From Thermoproteota archaeon (GTDB taxonomy: Archaea; Korarchaeota; Korarchaeia; Korarchaeales; JAOZGB01): a stretch of 64,000 nt of DNA. Location of the stretch: positions 1,941-65,940 of the forward strand of contig JAVCBU010000003.1 of assembly GCA_037917685.1 (NCBI GenBank). The letters run 5' to 3'. The notes below the pieces were generated by a model. That model was given only the letters and a program-made list of their open reading frames with translations. It searched no databases and was not told the DNA's origin. The translations under genes were made by a program, and so were the position numbers. Positions 27,665 through 35,684 of the stretch are shown here, piece after piece; the first letter of the stretch is position 1; every line of letters starts with the position of its first letter.

Positions 27665-28834
27665 ATGGATGTAAAGGCGCATGTTCTACTGATAATGGGC
27701 TTCATGTCAGCTGCTCTAATGCTTCCCGTAATCATCCCATCAGCTAGCCAAGAGGGAATCTCAATAACAATAATTGCACCAGCTGATAAAAACCTTAAAG
27801 ATGGAGTAATGATTTCAGGCAGGTACAGCCACATAGTTAGAATCATAGTTACTAATAACCTTGGGAGAAGCCTAAGCAACGTTGAGATAACCTGCACCAT
27901 ACCAAGCCCTATTACCGGCTATACTGATAGAACCCCTGTGATCCTGAAAGGGGATCCGACAGACATAGATAAGCTTCTGAAATATGGGGAGATGAGCACT
28001 GGAGAATGGAAAGCTGGGAAGCCATACATACTCCTAGAAAGCTTAGAGCCGGGAATACAAAATAGCATAGTAATGCAATTCTACATAAGACCCCCCGAGT
28101 CCGGAGAGATAAAAGAAAAGACAACAGTAACATTTACAGCTACCGTTACCGCTGAGGGTGAGACGTATACAGCTTCTAAACAGGTTGACATATTACCTCC
28201 ACCAATGTGGAGGGTTTACGCTACAGCGGGAATCTCACTAATAATGATACCACTGATCTACGCGGCAGGGACAAAATACCTGAAAAGGCTTGGAACCATA
28301 GACCTCATATACATGTCAATCTTCTCTGCATTAATGGTTGTCTGGGTCTGGCTGGGAAGAATGTTCATATTCCCACTGGTAAACAGAATCCCCTTCACCT
28401 ATGAGTTTGCAGTAGCCGATACTCCTTACATAATAATACTCGTCTCGGGAGCTATGGTCATCGCGAAACCGCTTTCAGTTAGCGGAATGCTGTTCATATA
28501 CAACATCGTCATGGAAGTAATCTACTACGGCATCAACCCTCTATGGTGGTCATATCCGTTTATTGAGGGGCTACCCTCAGATCTATGGCTTCTCATCAGG
28601 GGTAAAGGCGCGTTCAAGGGAAAACTAAAGTACCTTGACGGCTTTACCGTCGCAGGGCTACGTGGAGTATTCATGCAGCTAGGCCTGTTCCTGGTTTACA
28701 GGCCAGCCCTGCAACACCTCTACTTCCCATGGGGGAGGGTTCTTTTTGTCACCCTTTCATGGGCGCTAGGGAACGCGATAGCAGGTATAATAAGTGTACC
28801 AATAGGTGAAAAAATAAAGCAAGCCCTAATATAG
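27665..28834 (+). CDS. Membrane protein: N-terminal extracytoplasmic beta-sandwich (CARDB/NEW3-like) domain fused to a ~200-aa six-helix bundle (possible S-component)
   Basis: GGAGGTG SD. Signal peptide. The block VEITCTIPSP...LESLEPGIQNSIVMQFYIRPPESG...TFTATVTAEG is beta-rich. The C-terminal ~205 aa contain about 6 TM helices. Confidence 0.45.
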   Translation: MDVKAHVLLIMGFMSAALMLPVIIPSASQEGISITIIAPADKNLKDGVMISGRYSHIVRIIVTNNLGRSLSNVEITCTIPSPITGYTDRTPVILKGDPTDIDKLLKYGEMSTGEWKAGKPYILLESLEPGIQNSIVMQFYIRPPESGEIKEKTTVTFTATVTAEGETYTASKQVDILPPPMWRVYATAGISLIMIPLIYAAGTKYLKRLGTIDLIYMSIFSALMVVWVWLGRMFIFPLVNRIPFTYEFAVADTPYIIILVSGAMVIAKPLSVSGMLFIYNIVMEVIYYGINPLWWSYPFIEGLPSDLWLLIRGKGAFKGKLKYLDGFTVAGLRGVFMQLGLFLVYRPALQHLYFPWGRVLFVTLSWALGNAIAGIISVPIGEKIKQALI

Positions 28835-28844
28835 GTGAGATAAA

Positions 28845-30605
28845 ATGTCGAGGAAAGAAGCCTTGTTACTGGTGTTTATGCTAGCATTAACTCCAATGGC
28901 ATTGTCAAGGGGTCAAGGAGGCCTCGTACTTATAGATTCAACCCACGGACAGACCTACTACACATTTATGACCCTTCAACAATATCTTGAACACTACTAC
29001 GGTCTAACAGTCCAAATCCTGGAAGAAACCATATCAGAGGAAACACTGGCTGGAGCATCGGTTCTCTTCATCCCCTGCCCTGCTGAAAATACAAGCTTTA
29101 CCCCTGAAGAGCTAGATGCAATAGTAAACTTTGTGAATGGTGGAGGAGGCCTGCTACTCGGCTGTGACTCACAGTACACGTACGGAGGGAGAAACTATAC
29201 TTACGGACAGCCTTCGACACTTAACACAGTTCTCGATGCGCTTGGGATATCAGACAAAGTCAGATATACGGGAACCAACACACTTGGGGATCAGCTGCTT
29301 GACGAGTATGAAAATACTGGGAGAGAGTTTGAACCAGTAATTTCAGATTTCCCCGAACACCCAGTTACAGCCTTTATGAAGGACAAGAAGATGGTTTACT
29401 ATGGCTGTACGTTGCAGGTTGAAGATGAATCCGTAATTGTTCTGAGAGGCGGCCCGAATGCTTATAGCGTTGATATAGCAGGTAGAAAGACGTACGAGGA
29501 GGGATCAAAGCCACCGGTTGTTGCCGCAGTGGAGGTGGGAGAGGGGAGAGTCGTGATTTCAGGTAGTACAAGGCTTTTCTCGGACAGGAAGACTTACGGA
29601 GCTGCCACATCAACATACATACTTTACGAGCAAACCTATCAATTTGCATGCAACGTCTTCGCATGGCTCTCAGGGATCGAACCCATCGAGGTGGAGTTCC
29701 TTGCACCTAAAAAGCCTGTTAAGCAGCCTACCGAGAACATTATAGAGACCGCTGCCGTGCCTGAAACGGAAATCAAGGCTAAAATACTGGTAGACGCGGC
29801 GCATGGCGAATACTTCAAACCACTCCCGACAGCCCAGCTACCACAGAGTCCCCTGGCAAGGTGGGCTCAGATAATGGCTGAAAACGGCTTCCAGGTAGAC
29901 CAGCTATCAGACGGCTACATAACTACTGAACTGCTTCAGAACTATGATGTTCTGGTTATAGGTGAGCCTCAAGACATAATGTTTTCGGACGAGGAAATAC
30001 AGGCAATCCACAAATTCGTTGAGAACGGCGGTGGCCTCCTGCTGGGAACCTCCTGGTACAGGTACAACCAGCCGGACATTCTAAACCCGATCTCAGATGT
30101 TTTCGGCGTCAAGTTCAGGCTTGACGAGATAATGGATGACACGAACAACAATGGACGGGCATACTATCCAATAATCAGTGACTTCGCAGACCATCCTATA
30201 TGTCAGGGTATTTCTGCAATAGTTTACAATGGCGGATCCCTCGAAATATACGGTGAAGCCGAGCCAGTCGCGTGGGGAGACGATGACTCATATGCGCTCG
30301 ATGCGAGTGGCGTCTTCACAGTAAGAATAGGAGAGAAGCCTGTAGCCATCGCAGTAGCCACATACGGGGCTGGAAGAGTCGTTCTTACAGGAGGACTCTC
30401 ACCTTATACGGATAACAGCATCGACTTCGAAGATAATGCTAGAATGGCTGTGAACATGATAGTCTGGCTAGCAACAGGGGAGGCGCCTGAGCAGGTTGAA
30501 GTTCCTATAACAATACCCAAAGAGCTGATGATTGGCATTCCCATGCTAGTTATAGGATTCCTACTACTTTACATAGTGAAACGCAGACAGAAAGCATCCT
30601 CGTAA
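28845..30605 (+). CDS. Secreted, C-terminally anchored protein with two DUF4350/GldG-like domains
   Basis: Internal duplication: ...ELDAIVNFVNGGGGLLLGCDSQY... and ...EIQAIHKFVENGGGLLLGTSWYRY.... Both halves end in (G)AGRVV(I/L)(S/T)G. The C-terminal TM is MIGIPMLVIGFLLLYIVKRRQK. Confidence 0.55.
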   Translation: MSRKEALLLVFMLALTPMALSRGQGGLVLIDSTHGQTYYTFMTLQQYLEHYYGLTVQILEETISEETLAGASVLFIPCPAENTSFTPEELDAIVNFVNGGGGLLLGCDSQYTYGGRNYTYGQPSTLNTVLDALGISDKVRYTGTNTLGDQLLDEYENTGREFEPVISDFPEHPVTAFMKDKKMVYYGCTLQVEDESVIVLRGGPNAYSVDIAGRKTYEEGSKPPVVAAVEVGEGRVVISGSTRLFSDRKTYGAATSTYILYEQTYQFACNVFAWLSGIEPIEVEFLAPKKPVKQPTENIIETAAVPETEIKAKILVDAAHGEYFKPLPTAQLPQSPLARWAQIMAENGFQVDQLSDGYITTELLQNYDVLVIGEPQDIMFSDEEIQAIHKFVENGGGLLLGTSWYRYNQPDILNPISDVFGVKFRLDEIMDDTNNNGRAYYPIISDFADHPICQGISAIVYNGGSLEIYGEAEPVAWGDDDSYALDASGVFTVRIGEKPVAIAVATYGAGRVVLTGGLSPYTDNSIDFEDNARMAVNMIVWLATGEAPEQVEVPITIPKELMIGIPMLVIGFLLLYIVKRRQKASS

Positions 30606-30828
30606 CCCCTTCTTTGCCTTTCAAGCAGGAGAGTCGTTATTTCCACCTTCCGGTAGCATTAACGTCACCTTCTCGTAGAAATTTAACGATTGAAAAATCC
30701 ACCTAAAGATTACTCCTTATTCACCTATATAGATGTTTAAGGATTTATTTTTAATCCACATGTATATTTTAGTGATATTTGTGACCATCTCATTGTATGC
30801 TTAGAATGATAAAATTTATCTTTAAAAC

Positions 30829-30848
30829 CACTACTATATAGAGTAGTG
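30829..30848 (+). promoter_or_regulatory. Palindrome CACTAC-N8-GTAGTG between an AT-rich TATA-like stretch and the RHH gene start; candidate autoregulatory operator
   Basis: The sequence cactactatatagagtagtg ends 8 nt before ATG 30856. aaaatttatcttta lies upstream at 30811-30824. Confidence 0.4.
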
Positions 30849-30855
30849 ATGCGAG

Positions 30856-31050
30856 ATGCCTAGGAGTAAAGGTGTCCATAAGGAGGCTCTAATATCCACT
30901 AGGGTGGTTTCAAAGATCGCCGAAGCCGTCGAAGACGCCGCTAACGCGGAGGGACTAACGGTTTCAGAGTGGGTGAGAAACCTAATAATAAAAGAGCTTA
31001 AGGATAGGGGCCTCCTAGGCATGGAAAGAAGGATTTTCAGGGCTAGATAA
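30856..31050 (+). CDS. Small ribbon-helix-helix (CopG/Arc-like) DNA-binding protein
   Basis: 64 aa. ALISTRVVSKIAEAVEDAANAEGLTVSEWVRNLIIKEL fits a beta-strand, helix, helix pattern. Confidence 0.5.
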   Translation: MPRSKGVHKEALISTRVVSKIAEAVEDAANAEGLTVSEWVRNLIIKELKDRGLLGMERRIFRAR

Positions 31051-31086
31051 CATTAAAACCTTGAAATAAGGATTATACATAGAAAC

Positions 31087-33759
31087 TTGACTGAAAGCAT
31101 AAAGTACGCAAGGGAAGAACTCAGCTTCACTGAAGCATTAGACCTCCTGAACCCTTACGTTTCGGAATGGTTTAGGCAGAAATTCAAGAGTTTAACCCCA
31201 CCTCAAAAGCTAGCCCTCAAACCAATCTCAGAGGGCGAAAACACTCTTATTTCATCCCCTACAGGAACAGGGAAAACTCTTTCAGCGTTTCTAATGGTTA
31301 TTAGTAAGCTTTTCGACCTTGCAGCCTCCGGGGAGCTTGAAGACCAAGTTTACTGTCTGTACGTTTCTCCACTGAAAGCTCTTGGGAACGACATTCATAG
31401 AAACCTGTCCGAGCCACTAAGGGAGATATATAGTCTAGCTTCTACCAGGAACTCCCAGCTCCCGATGATCAGACATCTCGTTAGAACTGGCGATACACCA
31501 AGTAGTGTTAGGCAGGCGATGCTTAGAAAACCGCCGCATATCCTAATCACTACGCCAGAATCTCTAGCTATAATGTTAAATGCGCCAAAGTTCAGATTCA
31601 AACTATCCGGGATCAACTGGGTAATAGTAGATGAGATTCACTCCCTATACGAGTCTAAACGTGGAACTCATCTTAGTCTCTCTCTTGAAAGACTCTCCAA
31701 CCTTGTCGATAAGGAACCTGTAAGGATAGGGCTGTCTGCAACCATACACCCGTTAGAAGAGGTTGCAAAGTTCCTCGTAGGATACAATGAGGATGGAAGG
31801 CTTAGGAACTGTGTAATTGTTGATGCAAGCTATGTTAAAAAGAAGGATCTCCTAGTACTGAGCCCTGTTGAGGATCTGATATACACTCCCGCATCAGTAG
31901 TGTCGGAGGAAATGTATAAGATGCTTCTATACCTGATTAGAAGCCACAGAACCACTCTGATATTTACAAACACTAGGAGTGGAACTGAAAGGGTGTCATT
32001 CCATCTTAAACACCTAGGAGAGAAGGCTACTCTCCTCGGGGAGGACGTTGGGGCGCATCATAGCTCTCTTTCACGAGACGTGAGGCTTGACGTAGAACAG
32101 AAGCTTAAAGAGGGAAAACTAAAGGCTGTGGTAAGTTCAACGTCCCTGGAGCTTGGAATAGATATAGGTTATATAGACCTTGTCGTTCAGCTTGGCTCTC
32201 CAAAGTCTGTTACACGATGCCTTCAAAGAGTTGGCAGGTCAGGACATAAACTCCACGACACTGTTAAGGGCAGGTTTATATGTATGGATAGAGACGACCT
32301 GGTAGAAGTAGCCGTAATGGTTAGAGAAGCATACCGGAACAGGCTTGACAGGACAAGGATGCCTAGAAACTGTCTTGACGTACTTGCCCAGCATATCGTC
32401 GGGATGGCTATCGAGCGTAAGTGGGATGCCATAGAGGCTTACAAACTGGTTAGGAGAGCATATCCCTACCGCGAACTATCCTGGGAGGATTTCGAGGAAG
32501 TGCTGAAATATCTAAGCGGCGGCTACCAGACGCTTGAGAAATTTAAGGTGTACGGTAAGATATGGTACGACCCGGAGGAGAAAGTATTCGGAAGAAGGGG
32601 CAAGTACGCTAGGGTAATCTATAGCCTTAACATAGGTACGATACCAGACCACGTCGCCGTAAAGGTCTACGGGGAGGACGGCAGCTACATAGGGAAGATA
32701 GAGGAGGAGTTCCTTGAGAGACTTGTCCCAGGAGACAGGTTTGTCCTTGGTGGAAAAGTGTACGAGTTCGTTAGGGCAAGGGGGATGAAGGCATACGTCA
32801 AGCCTGCATTCGACATGAAGCCGACAGTTCCAAGCTGGTTCTCCGAGATGCTACCTTTAAGCTTCGACCTTGCAATCCAGATCTCCAAGTTTAGAGAGGA
32901 CTACTTCAAGAAGCTGGAAGCTGGCATGGATGAGGAAGAAATAGAAAGATACGTGGAGAACTTCAGGGTTGAGGAGAAAGCAGCAAAGGCGATTCACAGA
33001 TACCTCAAGCTCCAATATCAATTTCTGAGATCCATTGGTGTCAAAAACCCAAGACCATATGCTAAAATCTACATTGAAAATTATCTAGACGAGTATGGAA
33101 GGAGAAACATAATATTTCACACACTATTCGGCAGAAGAGTAAACGACGCACTTTCAAGGGCCTACGCATACGTCTTGGGCAGAAAAATAAACAGAAACGT
33201 TGGAGTAACAGTGACCGACAACGGGTTCTCCCTAATAGTCCCAGCTAATGTTAAAATAGACTGGGGATTCCTTAGGGAAGTCACAAGCAAGAACATAAGA
33301 GAACTATTAGAACAGGTTGTCGGGAAAACAGAACTCATGGCACGCAGGTTCAGACATTGCGCGGCAAGAGCGTTCATGATACTCAGAAACTACAAGGGCC
33401 ACGAAATCAAGGTTAGCAGGCAGCAGATCAGCGCTGCCAAACTACTCGAAATATGCAGAGAGATACCTAACTTTCCAATAGTTAAAGAAACATTCAGAGA
33501 GATTACTGAGGACCTAATGGATGTCGAAAACGCTGTTAAAGTACTCAAAATGCTGGAAAGCGGGCGGATAAGTTTCCACCTGCTTCCAGAGCTGAGTGTT
33601 CCAAGCCCATTTGCGCATAACATAGTGTTACAAGGTTTATCCGATGTTATACTTATGGAAGATAAGAGATCCATGCTGGAAAGATTTCACAGACAGGTTC
33701 TATCAATAATTTCAGAGAAGCACGTGGTTAAAGGCCAACAAGCTATATCTCTCTCATAG
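31087..33759 (+). CDS. lhr: Lhr-family (Lhr-core, COG1201-type) superfamily 2 DNA/RNA helicase
   Basis: TTG start. Motifs SSPTGTGKTLSAF, VIVDEIHSL, LSATI, HHSSLSRDVRLDVEQKLKEGKLKAVVSSTSLELGIDIG and RVGRSGH. The long C-terminal region is DEAD-associated-like. Confidence 0.85.
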   Translation: MTESIKYAREELSFTEALDLLNPYVSEWFRQKFKSLTPPQKLALKPISEGENTLISSPTGTGKTLSAFLMVISKLFDLAASGELEDQVYCLYVSPLKALGNDIHRNLSEPLREIYSLASTRNSQLPMIRHLVRTGDTPSSVRQAMLRKPPHILITTPESLAIMLNAPKFRFKLSGINWVIVDEIHSLYESKRGTHLSLSLERLSNLVDKEPVRIGLSATIHPLEEVAKFLVGYNEDGRLRNCVIVDASYVKKKDLLVLSPVEDLIYTPASVVSEEMYKMLLYLIRSHRTTLIFTNTRSGTERVSFHLKHLGEKATLLGEDVGAHHSSLSRDVRLDVEQKLKEGKLKAVVSSTSLELGIDIGYIDLVVQLGSPKSVTRCLQRVGRSGHKLHDTVKGRFICMDRDDLVEVAVMVREAYRNRLDRTRMPRNCLDVLAQHIVGMAIERKWDAIEAYKLVRRAYPYRELSWEDFEEVLKYLSGGYQTLEKFKVYGKIWYDPEEKVFGRRGKYARVIYSLNIGTIPDHVAVKVYGEDGSYIGKIEEEFLERLVPGDRFVLGGKVYEFVRARGMKAYVKPAFDMKPTVPSWFSEMLPLSFDLAIQISKFREDYFKKLEAGMDEEEIERYVENFRVEEKAAKAIHRYLKLQYQFLRSIGVKNPRPYAKIYIENYLDEYGRRNIIFHTLFGRRVNDALSRAYAYVLGRKINRNVGVTVTDNGFSLIVPANVKIDWGFLREVTSKNIRELLEQVVGKTELMARRFRHCAARAFMILRNYKGHEIKVSRQQISAAKLLEICREIPNFPIVKETFREITEDLMDVENAVKVLKMLESGRISFHLLPELSVPSPFAHNIVLQGLSDVILMEDKRSMLERFHRQVLSIISEKHVVKGQQAISLS

Positions 33760-34084
33760 TGTCGATCAGTTTCCTGTAAAGCTTGAATTCTTCCTCGTTA
33801 ACTATGTGAAATTCGAACGGCTCATCGAACCCCGAATCCCTAAGTAACGCAATTGCAAATTTAGGCTTCAGCCTCGTCTTAACAAGGATATCAATATCAC
33901 TTAAGAGGCAGCTATTGTTCTTCGCTACAGAGCCGAAAATGTAAATCCTGCAGTCTCTATCATGTTCTCTAAGGATTCTCTTCATCTTTTCCAGGTATGA
34001 TGGCAAGTTCCTAAAATATTCAGCACGTTTCTTAGCCTCTCTTACCAATAGCTTTTCTAACAAACTCCTCAACCTCCACGGCAA
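33743..34084 (-). CDS. Minimal nucleotidyltransferase (MNT), second copy
   Basis: IYIFGSVAKNNSCLLSDIDILV. The start is uncertain (ATG 34084 or TTG 34048). It overlaps the end of the upstream HEPN gene and the 3' end of lhr (convergent). Confidence 0.7.
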   Translation of the reverse strand: MPWRLRSLLEKLLVREAKKRAEYFRNLPSYLEKMKRILREHDRDCRIYIFGSVAKNNSCLLSDIDILVKTRLKPKFAIALLRDSGFDEPFEFHIVNEEEFKLYRKLIDTMREI

Positions 34085-34433
34085 AATCCTTCAGCCTTTC
34101 AGCTTCATCCCTTTCAAACTCCCTCGGGAAATATCTAGCTGTTATGTAGGCATCCTCCAAGCTTGAAAATTCTATTGACCTCTTTCTCGCGAATTGTTCA
34201 AACTCATCTTTAAGCTCAAGGTACTCTCCAAGAAGTAGAAAAAGTTTCCTTAACATATGGGTTTTAGGGAATTCTAACCCGCATTCGAGCAGTTTTGCCT
34301 TAAGAAATAGCTGCAGCGACTGTTCTATGTTGAAAATAGCTAGATCATAGTCGCCTTTAGAATAGTGGTACTCAGCCGCACCCATAAACTTCCTAGATCT
34401 CTCAAGGAGTATGGAGATCTCCTCTTTCCTCAC
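34032..34433 (-). CDS. HEPN-domain protein, second copy (intact)
   Basis: Motifs ERSRKFMGAAEYHYSKGDYDLAIFNIEQSLQLFLKAKLL and EDAYITARYFPREF. The track ORF (to 34637) is over-extended. GTG 34433 or TTG 34454 lies just downstream of TTAATATAT (34455-34464, minus sense), suggesting a leaderless transcript. Confidence 0.7.
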   Translation of the reverse strand: MRKEEISILLERSRKFMGAAEYHYSKGDYDLAIFNIEQSLQLFLKAKLLECGLEFPKTHMLRKLFLLLGEYLELKDEFEQFARKRSIEFSSLEDAYITARYFPREFERDEAERLKDFAVEVEEFVRKAIGKRG

Positions 34434-34462
34434 ATCTTTTAAATACCACGACAAATATATTA

Positions 34463-35242
34463 ATGGTACCAGACAGAGCAGGAACATACTCTGGTGGTTT
34501 CCATTTGAGCCCATACATAACACGAGGCGTTCGGATAGTAGATGGTGGAGGGCTGTACCTTGAAGACGTGGACACCCTATTATTCTCTGATCTCCATATA
34601 GGGTATGAGCAGGCATTAGAGAAGATGGGGGTGTCAATACCGAGAAGCCAATATGGAAAGATAAAGAAAACCATACTTAACGGTATCGAAAGTCTGAATC
34701 CCTCCAGCCTATTTATCCTTGGCGATGTAAAACACGAGTTTGGGGAGTCCACAGCCCAGGAGTGGGTTGAAACAAGAGACCTCCTTGAAACACTCTTGGG
34801 AACCGGGGTTAAAATATCCGTAATTAGGGGCAACCATGACAACTATCTTATCCCAATCCTCCAAAAGCTGGGCGTCTCAATGTACGATCCAGACCAGATC
34901 GTCGAGAAATACCAGTTTATACATGGCCATAAACCTGTAGAGCTGAGGGGAGAAGTGGTCATCATGGGCCATGAACACCCCGTTTTCGCTGTAAGGGATG
35001 AGATAGGAGTTAAAGTCAGGTTTAAAGCCTACATGTACGGCAAGGTTTCAGGCCGGCTTTTGATCGTCCTCCCAGCGGTCAACCCTATTTCAACCGGAAC
35101 CGAGATAAACACTGTCCCCAAAGAAGACTTCCTCTCCCCAATCCTTAAAAACCTAAGCCTTGAAGATTTTAAAGCATTAGTATGCTACGGCGGAAAAGTT
35201 TACAATTTCCCACTTTTAATCAAAGAGACAGTGATAGACTGA
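34463..35242 (+). CDS. Metallophosphoesterase related to SbcD/Mre11 (PdeM/MPE-like, archaeal TIGR00024-type as recalled)
   Basis: Motifs SDLHIGYE, LGDVKHEF, RGNHD, IHGH and MGHEHP. Confidence 0.7.
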   Translation: MVPDRAGTYSGGFHLSPYITRGVRIVDGGGLYLEDVDTLLFSDLHIGYEQALEKMGVSIPRSQYGKIKKTILNGIESLNPSSLFILGDVKHEFGESTAQEWVETRDLLETLLGTGVKISVIRGNHDNYLIPILQKLGVSMYDPDQIVEKYQFIHGHKPVELRGEVVIMGHEHPVFAVRDEIGVKVRFKAYMYGKVSGRLLIVLPAVNPISTGTEINTVPKEDFLSPILKNLSLEDFKALVCYGGKVYNFPLLIKETVID

Positions 35243-35246
35243 ATAA

Positions 35247-35553
35247 CTCAGGCAATGCTTACTGCCTTGCATCCTTCTAAATGCACAAATCTTAGCTGAG
35301 GAGACACTTACACTATATATCGGCGATTCAGCGGTGGTGGATGACTTCACTATAACCCTAAACGACATCTATGAGGCGAAAGGAGAGCTTAGGCCATCTA
35401 TATCAGTAGAGAAGGAGGGAGTAACCCTGTCCCTTTAATCTCGTCTGAACATAGTCCAACTTCGCATCTTCTGTACCAGAGTTCAGCATGTTCTACATCT
35501 TTCTGCTCTCAATTGTGGCTGTTGCTGTGCTTTTAGTACTTAAAGGGCAATAA
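35247..35553 (+). pseudogene. Decayed 3' end of a PEF-CTERM surface-protein gene
   Basis: One start-less open frame (35247-35438) reads ...LAEETLTLYIGDSAVVDDFTITLNDIYEAKGELRPSISVEKEGVTLSL. A second frame (35455-35553) reads SNFASSVPEFSMFYIFLLSIVAVAVLLVLKGQ, which is a PEF motif, a TM helix and a basic tail. Confidence 0.5.
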
Positions 35554-35684
35554 TCTCCTCCCTTTTTGTTAGACTGGTCTGATGGGCTGGAGCCACGCGA
35601 GCCTGTGGCGTGCGTGGTTTCCCACTTTTGGTTGGAGGAGTAGTTTTAAGAGATACTGTGTGGTATTGATAGTTTAGGATTTCA

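Noticed and set aside
34402-34842. 146-aa minus-strand ORF and the long N-terminal extension of the HEPN track ORF (to 34637)
   Set aside because: They overlap the + strand phosphoesterase gene, which has five canonical metallophosphoesterase motifs. The HEPN domain itself needs only the region downstream of about 34454.
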